A DNA stretch of 64,000 nt from an uncultured virus (IMG/VR IMGVR_UViG_3300042337_000191) (taxonomy: Duplodnaviria > Heunggongvirae > Uroviricota > Caudoviricetes), in the IMG/VR virus record IMGVR_UViG_3300042337_000191. One strand, given 5' to 3'. The position numbers were made by a program, and so were the translations under genes. The notes beneath the pieces were generated by a model, which saw only the letters and a program-made list of their open reading frames with translations, was not told the DNA's origin and did no database searches. Shown piece by piece: positions 43,781 through 54,222 of this stretch. Positions within the stretch are counted from its first letter, which is position 1. Each line of letters opens with the position of its first letter.

Positions 43781-44941
43781 TTACTTTTTAACTGTTCTGG
43801 AGATAGCGGCTAGATAACGACCAACACTTGGGTCGATGTTTCTAGTTTCACTGATTTCTCCTTCAAATGTTTCTTCTTCAATTGAAGAACTCGAAGTTGC
43901 TTCATTTCTGAAATAGTTTTCTTTAACGATCATTAGCTTCTTAGCATAAACGTCAAGATCACCGTCGAATTCAATTCCTTCAACTAGAGCAGAGAACTTA
44001 TCCTGCTGTGTCAATGCAAGATCAGAAGCAAGTTCAGAAACGATTTCAAGTCTCTGACCTTCAACAAAATAGTTCTTTAGCTCAACGTTTTCTGAAATTG
44101 TTTCGTCAAGTCTTGATTCTAGAGCTTCAACCTTTTCAGCCATTGCTTCTAGAACATCAACCTTCTCCTCTGGAACACTGATGTAGTGCTCAGCGAATAG
44201 GTTCTTCAATCCTTCAATAAACTCTTCAGCGAGTTCATTGCGTAGGGTTGATTCGATAGCTACTTCGTTTTCTTTCATCCAATTCTCAACAACATAATCA
44301 AGATATGTGTCAAGCTTTGATGTCATTTCTTCGGCAATTGAAGAAACTTCTTCCTGTAGCTTTGTTTCATATTCTTCTTCTAGACGTGTCTGCTCAGCAA
44401 TAACTCTTGCTGAAACTGCTGCTTCAAATAGTGTAGCAACGTTGTCTTTAAATTCTTCTGAGAGATCCTGACCATTGAACATTTCTTCAATGTCTTCCTT
44501 TACATTAAGCTTTGGCATTGGATATGCAGTCTTTGGACCAACATTACCACCAGTAGCATGTGAAGGCTTCATATCAATAGTTGACTGATTATGTGCTGAC
44601 TTGTCACCAACACCCCAATCCTTACCTGGGCCGAACTGAGCCTGGACCTGATTGAAGAAGTCGATAAGTTCTGACTTGCCCATACCAGCCATAACGTTCA
44701 TTACTGAAGTCATTGCCTTTAGTTTTGGCATTGGGTCTGAAGGACGTGCAGCTGGATGAAGTGATGAAGCAGCAAGAGTTTCCTCATCAACTGATTCCTC
44801 TTCCATCTTCTTGCAAGAAGATTCATATTCTTTATCTTCTTCCTCTTCCTCTTCTTCCTTGTGATGCTTCTTCTTGCCCTTTACCTTGGCTTCCTCAAGA
44901 GCATTTAGAGCTTCAAGATCGAATTCTTCGTTATTAGCCAT
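43781..44941 (-). CDS. 22: prohead core scaffold gp22
   Basis: LSEEFK...LFEAAV, YLDYVVENWMKEN; synteny. Confidence 0.9.
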   Translation of the reverse strand: MANNEEFDLEALNALEEAKVKGKKKHHKEEEEEEEDKEYESSCKKMEEESVDEETLAASSLHPAARPSDPMPKLKAMTSVMNVMAGMGKSELIDFFNQVQAQFGPGKDWGVGDKSAHNQSTIDMKPSHATGGNVGPKTAYPMPKLNVKEDIEEMFNGQDLSEEFKDNVATLFEAAVSARVIAEQTRLEEEYETKLQEEVSSIAEEMTSKLDTYLDYVVENWMKENEVAIESTLRNELAEEFIEGLKNLFAEHYISVPEEKVDVLEAMAEKVEALESRLDETISENVELKNYFVEGQRLEIVSELASDLALTQQDKFSALVEGIEFDGDLDVYAKKLMIVKENYFRNEATSSSSIEEETFEGEISETRNIDPSVGRYLAAISRTVKK

Positions 44942-44973
44942 TTAAATAGTCTCCTATTAAAGAAATTTAGAAT

Positions 44974-44981
44974 TATTTATA
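44974..44981 (-). promoter_or_regulatory. late promoter
   Basis: TATAAATA upstream of gene 22. Confidence 0.7.
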
Positions 44982-45648
44982 ATTTTTTGTTTTTTACTAT
45001 TAGAGAAGTTAGATAGTTCTCAAATATGTTTAATCTCTGTTCTTCAAGTTTTGACTTACTTAAAGAATGGACATTTTTCTTTATTTCATGAAGTCTTTCT
45101 TCATGCCATGAACCCTTGACTGGATCGTAAATCCACTCAACGTTTTCCATAATACCGTTTACGAAACATCCAGGTCCGCTTGGGTCGGAAACAATATCAA
45201 CTGTTGAAAGTTTGAAATCTGGTTGAACAACCATAACACCATTTGATTCTTTCAAAGAACCCATACCACGTGTAGAAACACCAAGCTGACCGCCTGATTC
45301 TAGGAGACCTCTAGCAATTTCGCCCATAGGTGTTGAAGTAATCTTTGCTTTACCGTTAACAAAATTACCATCCCACTTTAATTCAGTGATGATATGTGAT
45401 ACACGGTCAAGATTAATAGTTGGTCCTGATGGATGATTTAGTTCGCCGAATGCTCTTTTAGCATTAACTACTTCACGAATGTATCTTGCTACTTCATTTT
45501 CTAGAATGTCTTTTTTATACATTCTACCGTTTTTGTTCTTTTCTTCAGCAGTCATAAAACGGCCAATGATATAATGTTGCCTTTTACCGTCTTCAGTTCT
45601 TTCGGTAATATATTGAGTTTCTTCGTTTAATTCGGCGATGAGTTTCAT
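44977..45648 (-). CDS. 21: prohead protease gp21
   Basis: GELNHP, GVSTRGMGSL, DIVSDPS. Confidence 0.95.
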   Translation of the reverse strand: MKLIAELNEETQYITERTEDGKRQHYIIGRFMTAEEKNKNGRMYKKDILENEVARYIREVVNAKRAFGELNHPSGPTINLDRVSHIITELKWDGNFVNGKAKITSTPMGEIARGLLESGGQLGVSTRGMGSLKESNGVMVVQPDFKLSTVDIVSDPSGPGCFVNGIMENVEWIYDPVKGSWHEERLHEIKKNVHSLSKSKLEEQRLNIFENYLTSLIVKNKKL

Positions 45649-45651
45649 CTG

Positions 45652-45894
45652 TTATCCTCTGTATTCTACTGGAGCGGCTTTCATATTTGCTCCTGTTACT
45701 GTATCTGTTGGTCCTTTTGGAATAACAATTGACTCAGTATTTGATACTGTAGTGTTCGCATAAACCACACCATTAGCATAAGCTAAATTAAGAACAGCGG
45801 CAGCGCCAGTATTAACAATACGAATAGTTGTAGCTCCTGCAACATTATTGGCCGATGCAATTGATACTTCTGCGCCTTTTAATTTAATAAACAT
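45652..45894 (-). CDS. hypothetical protein in the head module
   Basis: ORF between the core genes and 21. Confidence 0.65.
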   Translation of the reverse strand: MFIKLKGAEVSIASANNVAGATTIRIVNTGAAAVLNLAYANGVVYANTTVSNTESIVIPKGPTDTVTGANMKAAPVEYRG

Positions 45895-46754
45895 TATAGA
45901 GTCCCCACATCAAGTCTACCAGTTGAACCTAAAGTGCCACCAGTATATTCAGTATTAGTAGCGGCGCCTGACTCAGACTGTCCGTGCATTTTCCATGCCT
46001 TAGCATAAAGAACCTGCATGCCTTTTTCTTTACCATATTCTTTTACGAAACGTTCTTTGTTTGACTTAATCCACTTTTCAATCTTTGGATTTGGTGGAGC
46101 TACTTCATTAACTACTTCAGTTTCTTCTGCCATTTTCTTGCCAGTAACTTTTGCTCTGCCAACTGATGAACCATGTTCGCCGCCTTCAATCTCACGCTTT
46201 GATAAACCAGCAGCAAATTTACGTGCACCACCAAACATAGCACCAGTGCTCTTTAACTGATTATACTGTTTCTTACCTGGCTTTAATTTAGTCACTGGAA
46301 CGTTTGACGACTTAGCAATATCAGAAAGCTTTTTTGCTGCTTTTCTCTGAGCATCGTCTTCAATACGTCCTTCTGAAACATGTTTTTTGTCAGTTAACAT
46401 TTTCTTGCCCTTATATCTTGGCTCTTGATCTGAACCAGTTGGACAAGCAGACTCACCATGAACTTCGCACATCACACCTTCATTAGTGCGATTACATGCA
46501 GCTTCATAAACATCGTCTTTCTGAAACTTATACTTTGTAGTCTTGCTACCGCCACCCTTTTTACCCTTGAAGGCAGCTTCTGCATCATATGGATAATCAT
46601 GAGTTTCAACGTCATGCTTCTTTACAAAAGCAACACCGTCTTTGGCGTTCCACTGATATAGGTTTTTATCATCAATGTCTGGCGGAGCAACTGAAGTTTT
46701 GCTTACTCCGGCGAACTGACCTTTGCCAGTAATATCTCTAAGTTTCTTCGCCAT
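45894..46754 (-). CDS. putative prohead core/internal protein (gp68 position)
   Basis: Charged low-complexity protein; FVKEYGKEKGMQVLYAKAWK. Confidence 0.55.
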   Translation of the reverse strand: MAKKLRDITGKGQFAGVSKTSVAPPDIDDKNLYQWNAKDGVAFVKKHDVETHDYPYDAEAAFKGKKGGGSKTTKYKFQKDDVYEAACNRTNEGVMCEVHGESACPTGSDQEPRYKGKKMLTDKKHVSEGRIEDDAQRKAAKKLSDIAKSSNVPVTKLKPGKKQYNQLKSTGAMFGGARKFAAGLSKREIEGGEHGSSVGRAKVTGKKMAEETEVVNEVAPPNPKIEKWIKSNKERFVKEYGKEKGMQVLYAKAWKMHGQSESGAATNTEYTGGTLGSTGRLDVGTL

Positions 46755-46983
46755 AATCCTCTTCCTCTGAGTTATCTATGTCTTGATCTTCAGCATCTTC
46801 TTCATAATCTGCTTCTGGTTCGTATCCATACATCTGTTGAGCAAATTCAATTTTCTTATTTTCTATTGCATTAGAAATACGATCAACAATCAAATCATTA
46901 AATGCTGCTTCGAAATCTGTTGGTCTCTGCTCTATTGCAGAAATAACTAAATCATCCAAACCATATTTATTAGCTTCAGTCAT
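46738..46983 (-). CDS. putative prohead core protein (gp67 position)
   Basis: Acidic 81-aa ORF directly after the portal gene. Confidence 0.55.
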   Translation of the reverse strand: MTEANKYGLDDLVISAIEQRPTDFEAAFNDLIVDRISNAIENKKIEFAQQMYGYEPEADYEEDAEDQDIDNSEEEDYGEET

Positions 46984-46999
46984 TTGTGTTCATCCTCTA

Positions 47000-48802
47000 C
47001 TATTGCTGTTGTGCGTTTCTAACAGAACCTCTTTGAACTAAATCTGGGTTCTTTGCTAGAATTTGAACAGCTGCTTTATATTTTGCTTCGTCTGCCATAG
47101 TTCTATTAGCCTTTGGCATCTTTTTCATTTGATCAACTATAACTTCAGCGTTTCTGACTTCTTGCATTTTTTGAGTTAATTCTGGGTCTTGACCCATAGA
47201 ACCTTCAACTCCCGGCTGCAACATTTGATCTTGTTGCTGTTGATCTGCCATTTGTTGTTGCTGAAGCATTTGTTCGTTTTGTAATATAGCTGGATTAACC
47301 CATCTATATTCGCCTTGATCTGCTAATTTGGTTTCATTGACAATTTGCTTATCATTCTTTTCGATATCATCATCTGATTGATGAAGGACATTTTTACGAA
47401 CCCATTCATGGCTGTAATACTTACCAAGCATATCCTGAATATTTCTTGCTTGAGTAATTCTACCTTCAAGAATTTCAGCATCTTTTAGTTCTGTAAAGTA
47501 ATTATCCTTAGCAAAGTCAAAACGAATGTCGTCAACTATTGCATTCCAATCATCAATAGTTGTAACACCCTTGAGGATTAGCTGCTTCTTTAACATTTCA
47601 AGGAATAGATTTGAGAACCTTCCTCTTAAACGAATACAGAAACGATTAAACTTTAGTTCGTCTCTTGTAATTTCTGTTGCTCTACCAACTGAGAATAGAG
47701 CATCTGAATTAAGTCTTGACACCGGAACATTAAGCGCCTGTAAAAACTTCTTTTGGAAGTATAGGACGTCGTCCATCTGTCCCAGTGTCTGGCCACCTGG
47801 TAGGGTAGTAACCTCCGTACCTCTACCACCTTCACGGCGTGGTAGCCAATAGTCTTCAAGCATCGTCATGAACTTACGATCGTCACGAATATCACCAGTC
47901 TGTGCGTCGTAAATTAGACGGTTCTTATGCTTAACCATAATGTCACGAACATACTGCTCTGCCTTCATCTTAGGAAGATTACCAACGTCAATATACCAAA
48001 TACGACGTTCTGGTGCACGAGCAAGACGGTAAATAACTAGAGCGTCTTCCAATGTTCTTAACTGATTAAGCGGCTTGATTGCTTTATGTAGATAAGATAA
48101 AACCATTGTGCCTTGATTGTCAGTAAGACCAGACACAACGTGTAAAATAGAATCCTTAGCAATTTTTAGTCCTGTTGTTGATGGACCAACTGCTTTATTT
48201 CCGAAGTTGAAACCTTTGTCATTGAAAATGAAATATTCATTAACTGTCTTAGTTACAACTGCATCGCCTGGATTATTGGCTTGAATCTTTTTCTTTTGGA
48301 CCTCACGGACTTTACGAATCTTACGTGGATCAACGTATCTTACTTCTTTGATACCTGCTGCTGGATTTTTATCATCAATAATAACATGATAATATAAACG
48401 ACCATCAATATACCAGCGTCTATAAATTTCATAAGCATATTTGTTAAACCCTAAAAGGTTTAGACAATATTGAAATTCGTCACGAATAATCTTTTTAATA
48501 TTTTCATTAACATTTAACTGCTCAAGATTAATTTGAACAATATGTTCTTCGTCAATTGAAATAGATTCATTAACAATTTCGTCAACAGCGGCATCACATT
48601 CTGGTTGTAATGACATCTCACGATATTTTGTTACTAACTCTGCTTCAGATCTAACAGTGCCATCGAGATCAACATAAGTGCCAAAAGCACCACCTGCTGA
48701 TACGACTACTGCACCATCATCTGAGTCCTTTGGAGGAGCAAATGATGGTAACTCTATGTCTGGACGTTTTTTTCTGAGTTCGAAGCCGAATAATTCTGCC
48801 AA
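47000..48802 (-). CDS. 20: portal protein gp20
   Basis: IYRLARAPERRIWYIDVGNLPKMKAEQY, EDYWLPRREGGRGTEVTTLPGG. Confidence 0.97.
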   Translation of the reverse strand: MAELFGFELRKKRPDIELPSFAPPKDSDDGAVVVSAGGAFGTYVDLDGTVRSEAELVTKYREMSLQPECDAAVDEIVNESISIDEEHIVQINLEQLNVNENIKKIIRDEFQYCLNLLGFNKYAYEIYRRWYIDGRLYYHVIIDDKNPAAGIKEVRYVDPRKIRKVREVQKKKIQANNPGDAVVTKTVNEYFIFNDKGFNFGNKAVGPSTTGLKIAKDSILHVVSGLTDNQGTMVLSYLHKAIKPLNQLRTLEDALVIYRLARAPERRIWYIDVGNLPKMKAEQYVRDIMVKHKNRLIYDAQTGDIRDDRKFMTMLEDYWLPRREGGRGTEVTTLPGGQTLGQMDDVLYFQKKFLQALNVPVSRLNSDALFSVGRATEITRDELKFNRFCIRLRGRFSNLFLEMLKKQLILKGVTTIDDWNAIVDDIRFDFAKDNYFTELKDAEILEGRITQARNIQDMLGKYYSHEWVRKNVLHQSDDDIEKNDKQIVNETKLADQGEYRWVNPAILQNEQMLQQQQMADQQQQDQMLQPGVEGSMGQDPELTQKMQEVRNAEVIVDQMKKMPKANRTMADEAKYKAAVQILAKNPDLVQRGSVRNAQQQ

Positions 48803-48862
48803 ATTTTTTCTCCAAGTATTGAGGGGAGATTAACTCCCCTCTTCAATAATATAAAGTATTTA

Positions 48863-49477
48863 TTATAGTACCGATTGAGGCCCAACTTCAGTTTCAGCAA
48901 GATAAGTAGTAACCTTACCTGATGTTTTAACTGAAGCGTCTTCAACTGTTGGAATCCAATAATCATAAGCAAAGTTTACAGTAAACTCTTCAATATTATT
49001 ACCAGAATCCCAACCTAGACCAATACCACTTAGCTGTGTTGGGAAAGCGCCCCAGAGCTGATATTCACGAAGGACATCGCCATCCTTACTATATTGTGTT
49101 ACGTCAATTAGTGTTTTATACTGTTCGGCAGAAGCAGTTGGAACACGAACGTTTGAAATTACAGTATTAATACCGTTTAGCCAAGCTTCGAACATTGAAC
49201 GAACAGAGAAATCTTCATCGTTCATGACTGTTACTGACCAATCAGCATAAGTTCTTTCTCCAGCAACTTTAATCTTACGACCGAAATAAGGAATTTCGAT
49301 GTTAGAAACAGTTGATTCAGGTAGTTCGGCTGCACGACATGTGAAAACGAACTTTCTGAAGGCTTCCGGATTTAACGGAATGCCAACTGGAGGAGCAACA
49401 TTAATTTGGAAGAGGGAGGGTCTAGCTCCACCATAAACTAGACCCTGTGCCTTAAATTGATTAATATTGAAAGCCAT
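48863..49477 (-). CDS. 19: tail tube protein gp19
   Basis: GGARPSLF, GRKIKVAGERT, IEEFTVNFAYDYW. Confidence 0.92.
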   Translation of the reverse strand: MAFNINQFKAQGLVYGGARPSLFQINVAPPVGIPLNPEAFRKFVFTCRAAELPESTVSNIEIPYFGRKIKVAGERTYADWSVTVMNDEDFSVRSMFEAWLNGINTVISNVRVPTASAEQYKTLIDVTQYSKDGDVLREYQLWGAFPTQLSGIGLGWDSGNNIEEFTVNFAYDYWIPTVEDASVKTSGKVTTYLAETEVGPQSVL

Positions 49478-49509
49478 CTATTTTACTCCTTTGAGATTTT
49501 ATCTATTTA

Positions 49510-52107
49510 TTAAAACTTTCCGATAACTTCAGTAAACTGCACTCCAGTTGGAACAGCAATAAAGTTAAGCTGGATGAAGTTAATGCTTCTCGCAGGTTTA
49601 ATATAGATATCACCGACAAACTGATTGCTGTCGATAATTTGTGGCGTATTATTTGTATCGTCACAAACAACGTAGAAGTCAGTAATACCACGTCTACCCT
49701 GAATATTGCGTAGGTATGGTGTTACTAGGTTCTTGAACTGCGCTCTAGTAAATGCGTCATTGAACTCGAATAGTGAATATTTAGCTGAAATAGCAATTGC
49801 CTTTTCAAGAACAATGAATAGTCTACGAACATTGATACGATCAAACGCAGATGGCTTAGACTGTAGAGTCTTATCGCCATACAAGATAGTTCCTTGGCCT
49901 GGGAAAGTTACAACTGGATTTATGTTCTTAACATAAAGAGTGTCTCTTTCTGCCTTGCGTGGATTAAATGCTAGTTTAACTAGGTTCTTAATCTGACCAC
50001 GGTTGAAACCTGCAGGTGAGAACCAAACTTCTCTTGAAGCGTCGGATCTTACACACAATCCAGCAATATCACCATTTAGAGGAATCCAACGATAAACGTC
50101 GTTATAACGGTCATACTGATACTTGTAACCGGAATCAAGAATTGCGTATGAAGAATCATGAATTACATTTCTCCAAGCAACAAGATCTGCAGCCTCATTA
50201 CCTGTGTTGTTTACTACAGTTCTCTTATCAGGCGAGATAAGAGCGACACAGTCTCTTCTGATATCGCAAATATTATCGATAATATAATTTGCTAATTCAT
50301 GATTATAAACAGTTACTTCGTTACCATCTTCGTCTTCAGAAATAGTCATTCCACCAGTTGGACGACCTTGAAGAACAAGAGAAATATCGATATCTTCAGG
50401 TGAAACGAATAGATCGTATGCTTCACCAAGAATATCAATAGTGGCGTTTTCTTCAGAAAGACCATCAGCGCCCAGTGAGAACTGAACACTTGCAGGTCTT
50501 GAAGAAGTTGAAGAAGTTAGATTTATAGCATTATTAGAACGAGCAGTTGCTCTATCGTTTGCCCACCAAATATACTGAGAACCTTCGTTGACAACTGTCT
50601 TGTAATAATTTACAGAGTTATCTTCGTTCTTAGCGTCTGTGGCTCTTGAAAGTTTCTGATGAACTTCTAGGATTTGACCAGGAACGCCAGTAAAGGCACC
50701 GTTATTATCAACTACAACGACATGAAGTTCATCGTTTGCTGATGTGTTACCGTTAAAAAGCTGCCATTCTGACTGTCCAGGAGCTCCATCAACTACGTCA
50801 AAGAATTCCCAAAATCTTTGAATTTTATTGAAAGTATAGTTTGAACGTAGTCTATAAGGATCCTCAAACCCAATATTCAATGTAGAAGTATTGGCAAGGA
50901 ACTTACTGTTTGCTCCATTAGTCTGAACAAGATTTACTCTGTTTCCAAATGGTGTTGTTGATAGTCTGAATGATGTGTTATTGGCTTCAATTACATAGTA
51001 AGTTGTACCATTAGTAAGACCAGCAATTACAGCATCGCCAGCGTTGTTAGAATAAACAACGGCATCACCATTAGAGAACGGATTTTTAGTAACTGTGATA
51101 AAATCAGTACTTGTATTAACGTTATTATTTCCGCTAATTGAAACGTTGGCTGTTACATTTGTTGTAACAGAAGTTCTCTTAACTTGAAGGTACTGATAAC
51201 CAATAGTGCTATTACCAGCCAAAATTCTATCGCCAGCAGCTATCTGACTCTGAACTGTAGTAATAGATGCATTAGTAGAAGTATTACCAACGAATTTAAC
51301 GAGACCTGTATTTGAACCTATTCTAAATTCAATACGATTAGTCAATGCAATATTTGCTTGATAGCTGTTTGCATTATCGCAGATAGCAACTCTCAAAGAG
51401 TTACCCATCAAACCTGGATACTTTGCTACGTAAATAACGTCGGCATCAAAATTGCCATCGATATCAGTATAAACATTACGATTTTTTACAATCTGATTTA
51501 CTAGATTAGCTACGAACGGAGTTCCTGTAGAATCATCAAAGCCGACAGCTGTATAAGCAGTATCTGGACGACCAAAATAGATATCTGCATTAGCTGTGCC
51601 AGTTATTGAACCAGTAGTTGTAGTGAATATATTCTGGTTAAGAACAATAGCTGTTGTGTTAATAGCAGCAATAGAAAATGCATTTGAGGCTGCAATTATG
51701 CTTGAATTAGTTGTCTGGTTGATATACATACCAACGGTTAGACCCAAATTAGCAACATTTGCTCCAGTTCCACTAGTCAAGATGTTATTTGAAACTGATG
51801 AATTTGCTGCAAGAACAAAGGTTAGAGGGCCAGGAGTAGCTCCATCTACTTTTGCTGCTCTAGAAACATAAAGACGATTTGAATATGCCAAAAAGTTTGC
51901 AGCTGTAAACCAAGTTTCAGCGTTGAAATTAGTTGGCTTGGCGAATCTTCTTACAAGATCGTCTTCTGTTGAGATGAGAACACGTTCACCTATTGGACCC
52001 CAACGGAATACGCCAGCAAAGGCACCGTCAGATGTGGCTACTGAAGGAACAACGGTTGTAAGATCGATTTCTGATACATTTACACCAGGTGATAGTTGGA
52101 AAGCCAT
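49510..52107 (-). CDS. 18: tail sheath protein gp18
   Basis: SPGVNVSEIDLT, WFSPAGFNRG, FDRINVRRLF, IKPARSINFI. Confidence 0.95.
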   Translation of the reverse strand: MAFQLSPGVNVSEIDLTTVVPSVATSDGAFAGVFRWGPIGERVLISTEDDLVRRFAKPTNFNAETWFTAANFLAYSNRLYVSRAAKVDGATPGPLTFVLAANSSVSNNILTSGTGANVANLGLTVGMYINQTTNSSIIAASNAFSIAAINTTAIVLNQNIFTTTTGSITGTANADIYFGRPDTAYTAVGFDDSTGTPFVANLVNQIVKNRNVYTDIDGNFDADVIYVAKYPGLMGNSLRVAICDNANSYQANIALTNRIEFRIGSNTGLVKFVGNTSTNASITTVQSQIAAGDRILAGNSTIGYQYLQVKRTSVTTNVTANVSISGNNNVNTSTDFITVTKNPFSNGDAVVYSNNAGDAVIAGLTNGTTYYVIEANNTSFRLSTTPFGNRVNLVQTNGANSKFLANTSTLNIGFEDPYRLRSNYTFNKIQRFWEFFDVVDGAPGQSEWQLFNGNTSANDELHVVVVDNNGAFTGVPGQILEVHQKLSRATDAKNEDNSVNYYKTVVNEGSQYIWWANDRATARSNNAINLTSSTSSRPASVQFSLGADGLSEENATIDILGEAYDLFVSPEDIDISLVLQGRPTGGMTISEDEDGNEVTVYNHELANYIIDNICDIRRDCVALISPDKRTVVNNTGNEAADLVAWRNVIHDSSYAILDSGYKYQYDRYNDVYRWIPLNGDIAGLCVRSDASREVWFSPAGFNRGQIKNLVKLAFNPRKAERDTLYVKNINPVVTFPGQGTILYGDKTLQSKPSAFDRINVRRLFIVLEKAIAISAKYSLFEFNDAFTRAQFKNLVTPYLRNIQGRRGITDFYVVCDDTNNTPQIIDSNQFVGDIYIKPARSINFIQLNFIAVPTGVQFTEVIGKF

Positions 52108-52152
52108 TTATTTTTCTCCCTTTTGCGAGAACTTGCAATTATGAATTTTTTA

Positions 52153-52160
52153 TATTTATA
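52153..52160 (-). promoter_or_regulatory. late promoter
   Basis: TATAAATA upstream of gene 18. Confidence 0.7.
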
Positions 52161-52172
52161 AAATGGGCTTTT

Positions 52173-53813
52173 TTAGAAGTCCTGAGGTTGGTTCCACATC
52201 CAAGAATCACCGACAAATCTTTCATAATCTTCTTCAATAAAATCGTCCCTTCCAGAGTCCACAAACCCAAAAGGAGCCAAATCTTGCTCCATATCTTCTT
52301 CGGTTTTGTCCCTTAGTGACATAAGAGTGTTGATATTAGTATAGTCTTTAAAATATTGCTGGTCCGAGAGCCAAGCAAACAGAACCAGACACATAACCAA
52401 GTCATCGTGTTTACCGGACTCTGCTTCGTACGAAGTTCCTTTTTTAGAAAAGGTGCCTAATTCACTGATGGTGTTTACGTCGTTTACTATCAACTGGTTT
52501 TGCTCAATCAGTAGTTTTAGGATAGAACACCCAATAGATTTTACAATTTTGGTAGTTCTAATGCCCTTGTCAACGCTGCCGCCTCCAAACCCAGTAGTTA
52601 TTCTTTTGCCGGACCTACCAGCGTTTTCGGTAAACAGAACATTCTCATACCCAAAATCATAGTTGAGAGAAGTTGAGACTTGTTCACCTATGTCATTAAC
52701 CTCAACAAGAACTGAAGCATTATTATACGCCTTAGCGGTTCGGTGGATAATGTCGGCATAATCTAGCGGGGTGATAGCATTATTCCTATAAACGCCCACT
52801 TGTTGATAAGGCATAGAAGTAACATCTATCAACTGAAAGGCTGAATAGTCCAATCCTTTACCACGAGAAACGTCACAAACCATCATATAAACATGATTAG
52901 GTTCTACTGCTCTGAACTGAGTTAGACCATCTTTTTGTAAGATTGGATTCTGAGAAACTAATTCCTTGAGCTTCCAACCAGCAATTAGAGTTCCGGATGA
53001 ACCTAGGAATTCGCAGTTATACTCCTGATCAAACTTTTCAAGATCAAAGTTCATACCCGCTAAAGTGTCAGCTTTCCACTTCTCATCTCTACCAGGAACT
53101 GCTTGCCAATTGACTAGAATTGGATGATATCCGTTAGTCCCCTTTTCAGCGTTCGCCCAAGTAGCATGGAAGTGGTTCAAACCGTTCGGAGTAGAAACTA
53201 GAATGATCTTGGATTCTGAACCTGATGAAATAGTAGGATAAACTGAGGTGAAGAATTCGTCCCAGTTATCAATGAACGCCGCTTCGTCGATGAATAGAAG
53301 GTTGATGGTATAACCACGGATGGCGCTGGCAGAAGTGGCAGCAGCCAAAACACGACTGTTATTTTCAAGAACGAATGAACCTTTATTCCATTCAACAACG
53401 CCCTGCTGGAGCCATTTAGGTAAGTGCTGGTAAGCCAACTGAACACGACCAAGAATTTCTCGAGCCGTATCGCCCTTGTTGGCTAGTAGGGCTACGGTCT
53501 TATCAGGGTGAAAAATAATATACCAAAGGATGAAGGCGCAGGTAGTTGTTGACTTACCTGCCTGTCGAGCAGTAGTAACAATAGTGTAACGGTTGTCTTT
53601 AAATGAAGTCACCATTTCTTTCTGGTAACCATACAACTTGAAACTTGTAAGACCCTCGTTAATCGAGATAATCTTCATATAATTTTCAGTAAAATAAACA
53701 GGATCGTTCTGACATTTTACATACTCCTGAACAAGGTCCGGAGTCCATTCAATGTTCTGATTAGTTTTCTTTAGAAGAACATTACCCTTATAACCACCCA
53801 CCAACTCATTCAT
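52173..53813 (-). CDS. 17: terminase large subunit gp17
   Basis: ARQAGKST, FIDEAAF, STPNGLNHF, DVSRG, HDDLVM. Confidence 0.96.
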   Translation of the reverse strand: MNELVGGYKGNVLLKKTNQNIEWTPDLVQEYVKCQNDPVYFTENYMKIISINEGLTSFKLYGYQKEMVTSFKDNRYTIVTTARQAGKSTTTCAFILWYIIFHPDKTVALLANKGDTAREILGRVQLAYQHLPKWLQQGVVEWNKGSFVLENNSRVLAAATSASAIRGYTINLLFIDEAAFIDNWDEFFTSVYPTISSGSESKIILVSTPNGLNHFHATWANAEKGTNGYHPILVNWQAVPGRDEKWKADTLAGMNFDLEKFDQEYNCEFLGSSGTLIAGWKLKELVSQNPILQKDGLTQFRAVEPNHVYMMVCDVSRGKGLDYSAFQLIDVTSMPYQQVGVYRNNAITPLDYADIIHRTAKAYNNASVLVEVNDIGEQVSTSLNYDFGYENVLFTENAGRSGKRITTGFGGGSVDKGIRTTKIVKSIGCSILKLLIEQNQLIVNDVNTISELGTFSKKGTSYEAESGKHDDLVMCLVLFAWLSDQQYFKDYTNINTLMSLRDKTEEDMEQDLAPFGFVDSGRDDFIEEDYERFVGDSWMWNQPQDF

Positions 53814-54222
53814 TGTTCTTCATATCCTTGAGAACTTTTTGTAACTCGGCAGTTGAACCCACAAATAAGTTGTTATTAATAGTCTGAGCTTTTTCGTTTA
53901 TAGGACTATCTTTGGCGTCAATATCTCTAATTTTAGTTTGAAGATCTAACAGTTCTTTATTAGTGTTGACCACTGTATCCATAAGTTTGGCCAAGACTTC
54001 GAATGCACGTGGATGCTGAGAAGCTGCTGCGATCTCAGTTAATTTACCAATGGCTTCTTGACCTGTTTGAATTACTTCATACAAATTAGCTCTTGCAGCT
54101 TCAAAATCATTCCTAGCAGAATCATCATGAGCTTTAGCAATTATATTGTCTATTTGTTTTTCATATTCTAATGGCGGCAGACCTAATGCCTTGCCAATAG
54201 GATCATCATCTTTTTCTGTCAT
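53806..54222 (-). CDS. 16: terminase small subunit gp16
   Basis: DFEAARANL, HPRAFEV, NNNLFVGSTAELQK; directly upstream of 17. Confidence 0.9.
   Translation of the reverse strand: MTEKDDDPIGKALGLPPLEYEKQIDNIIAKAHDDSARNDFEAARANLYEVIQTGQEAIGKLTEIAAASQHPRAFEVLAKLMDTVVNTNKELLDLQTKIRDIDAKDSPINEKAQTINNNLFVGSTAELQKVLKDMKNNE

Noticed and set aside
47000..47300. Gln-rich portal C-terminal extension
   Set aside because: Variable low-complexity tails are common on T4-like portals, and nothing specific can be supported
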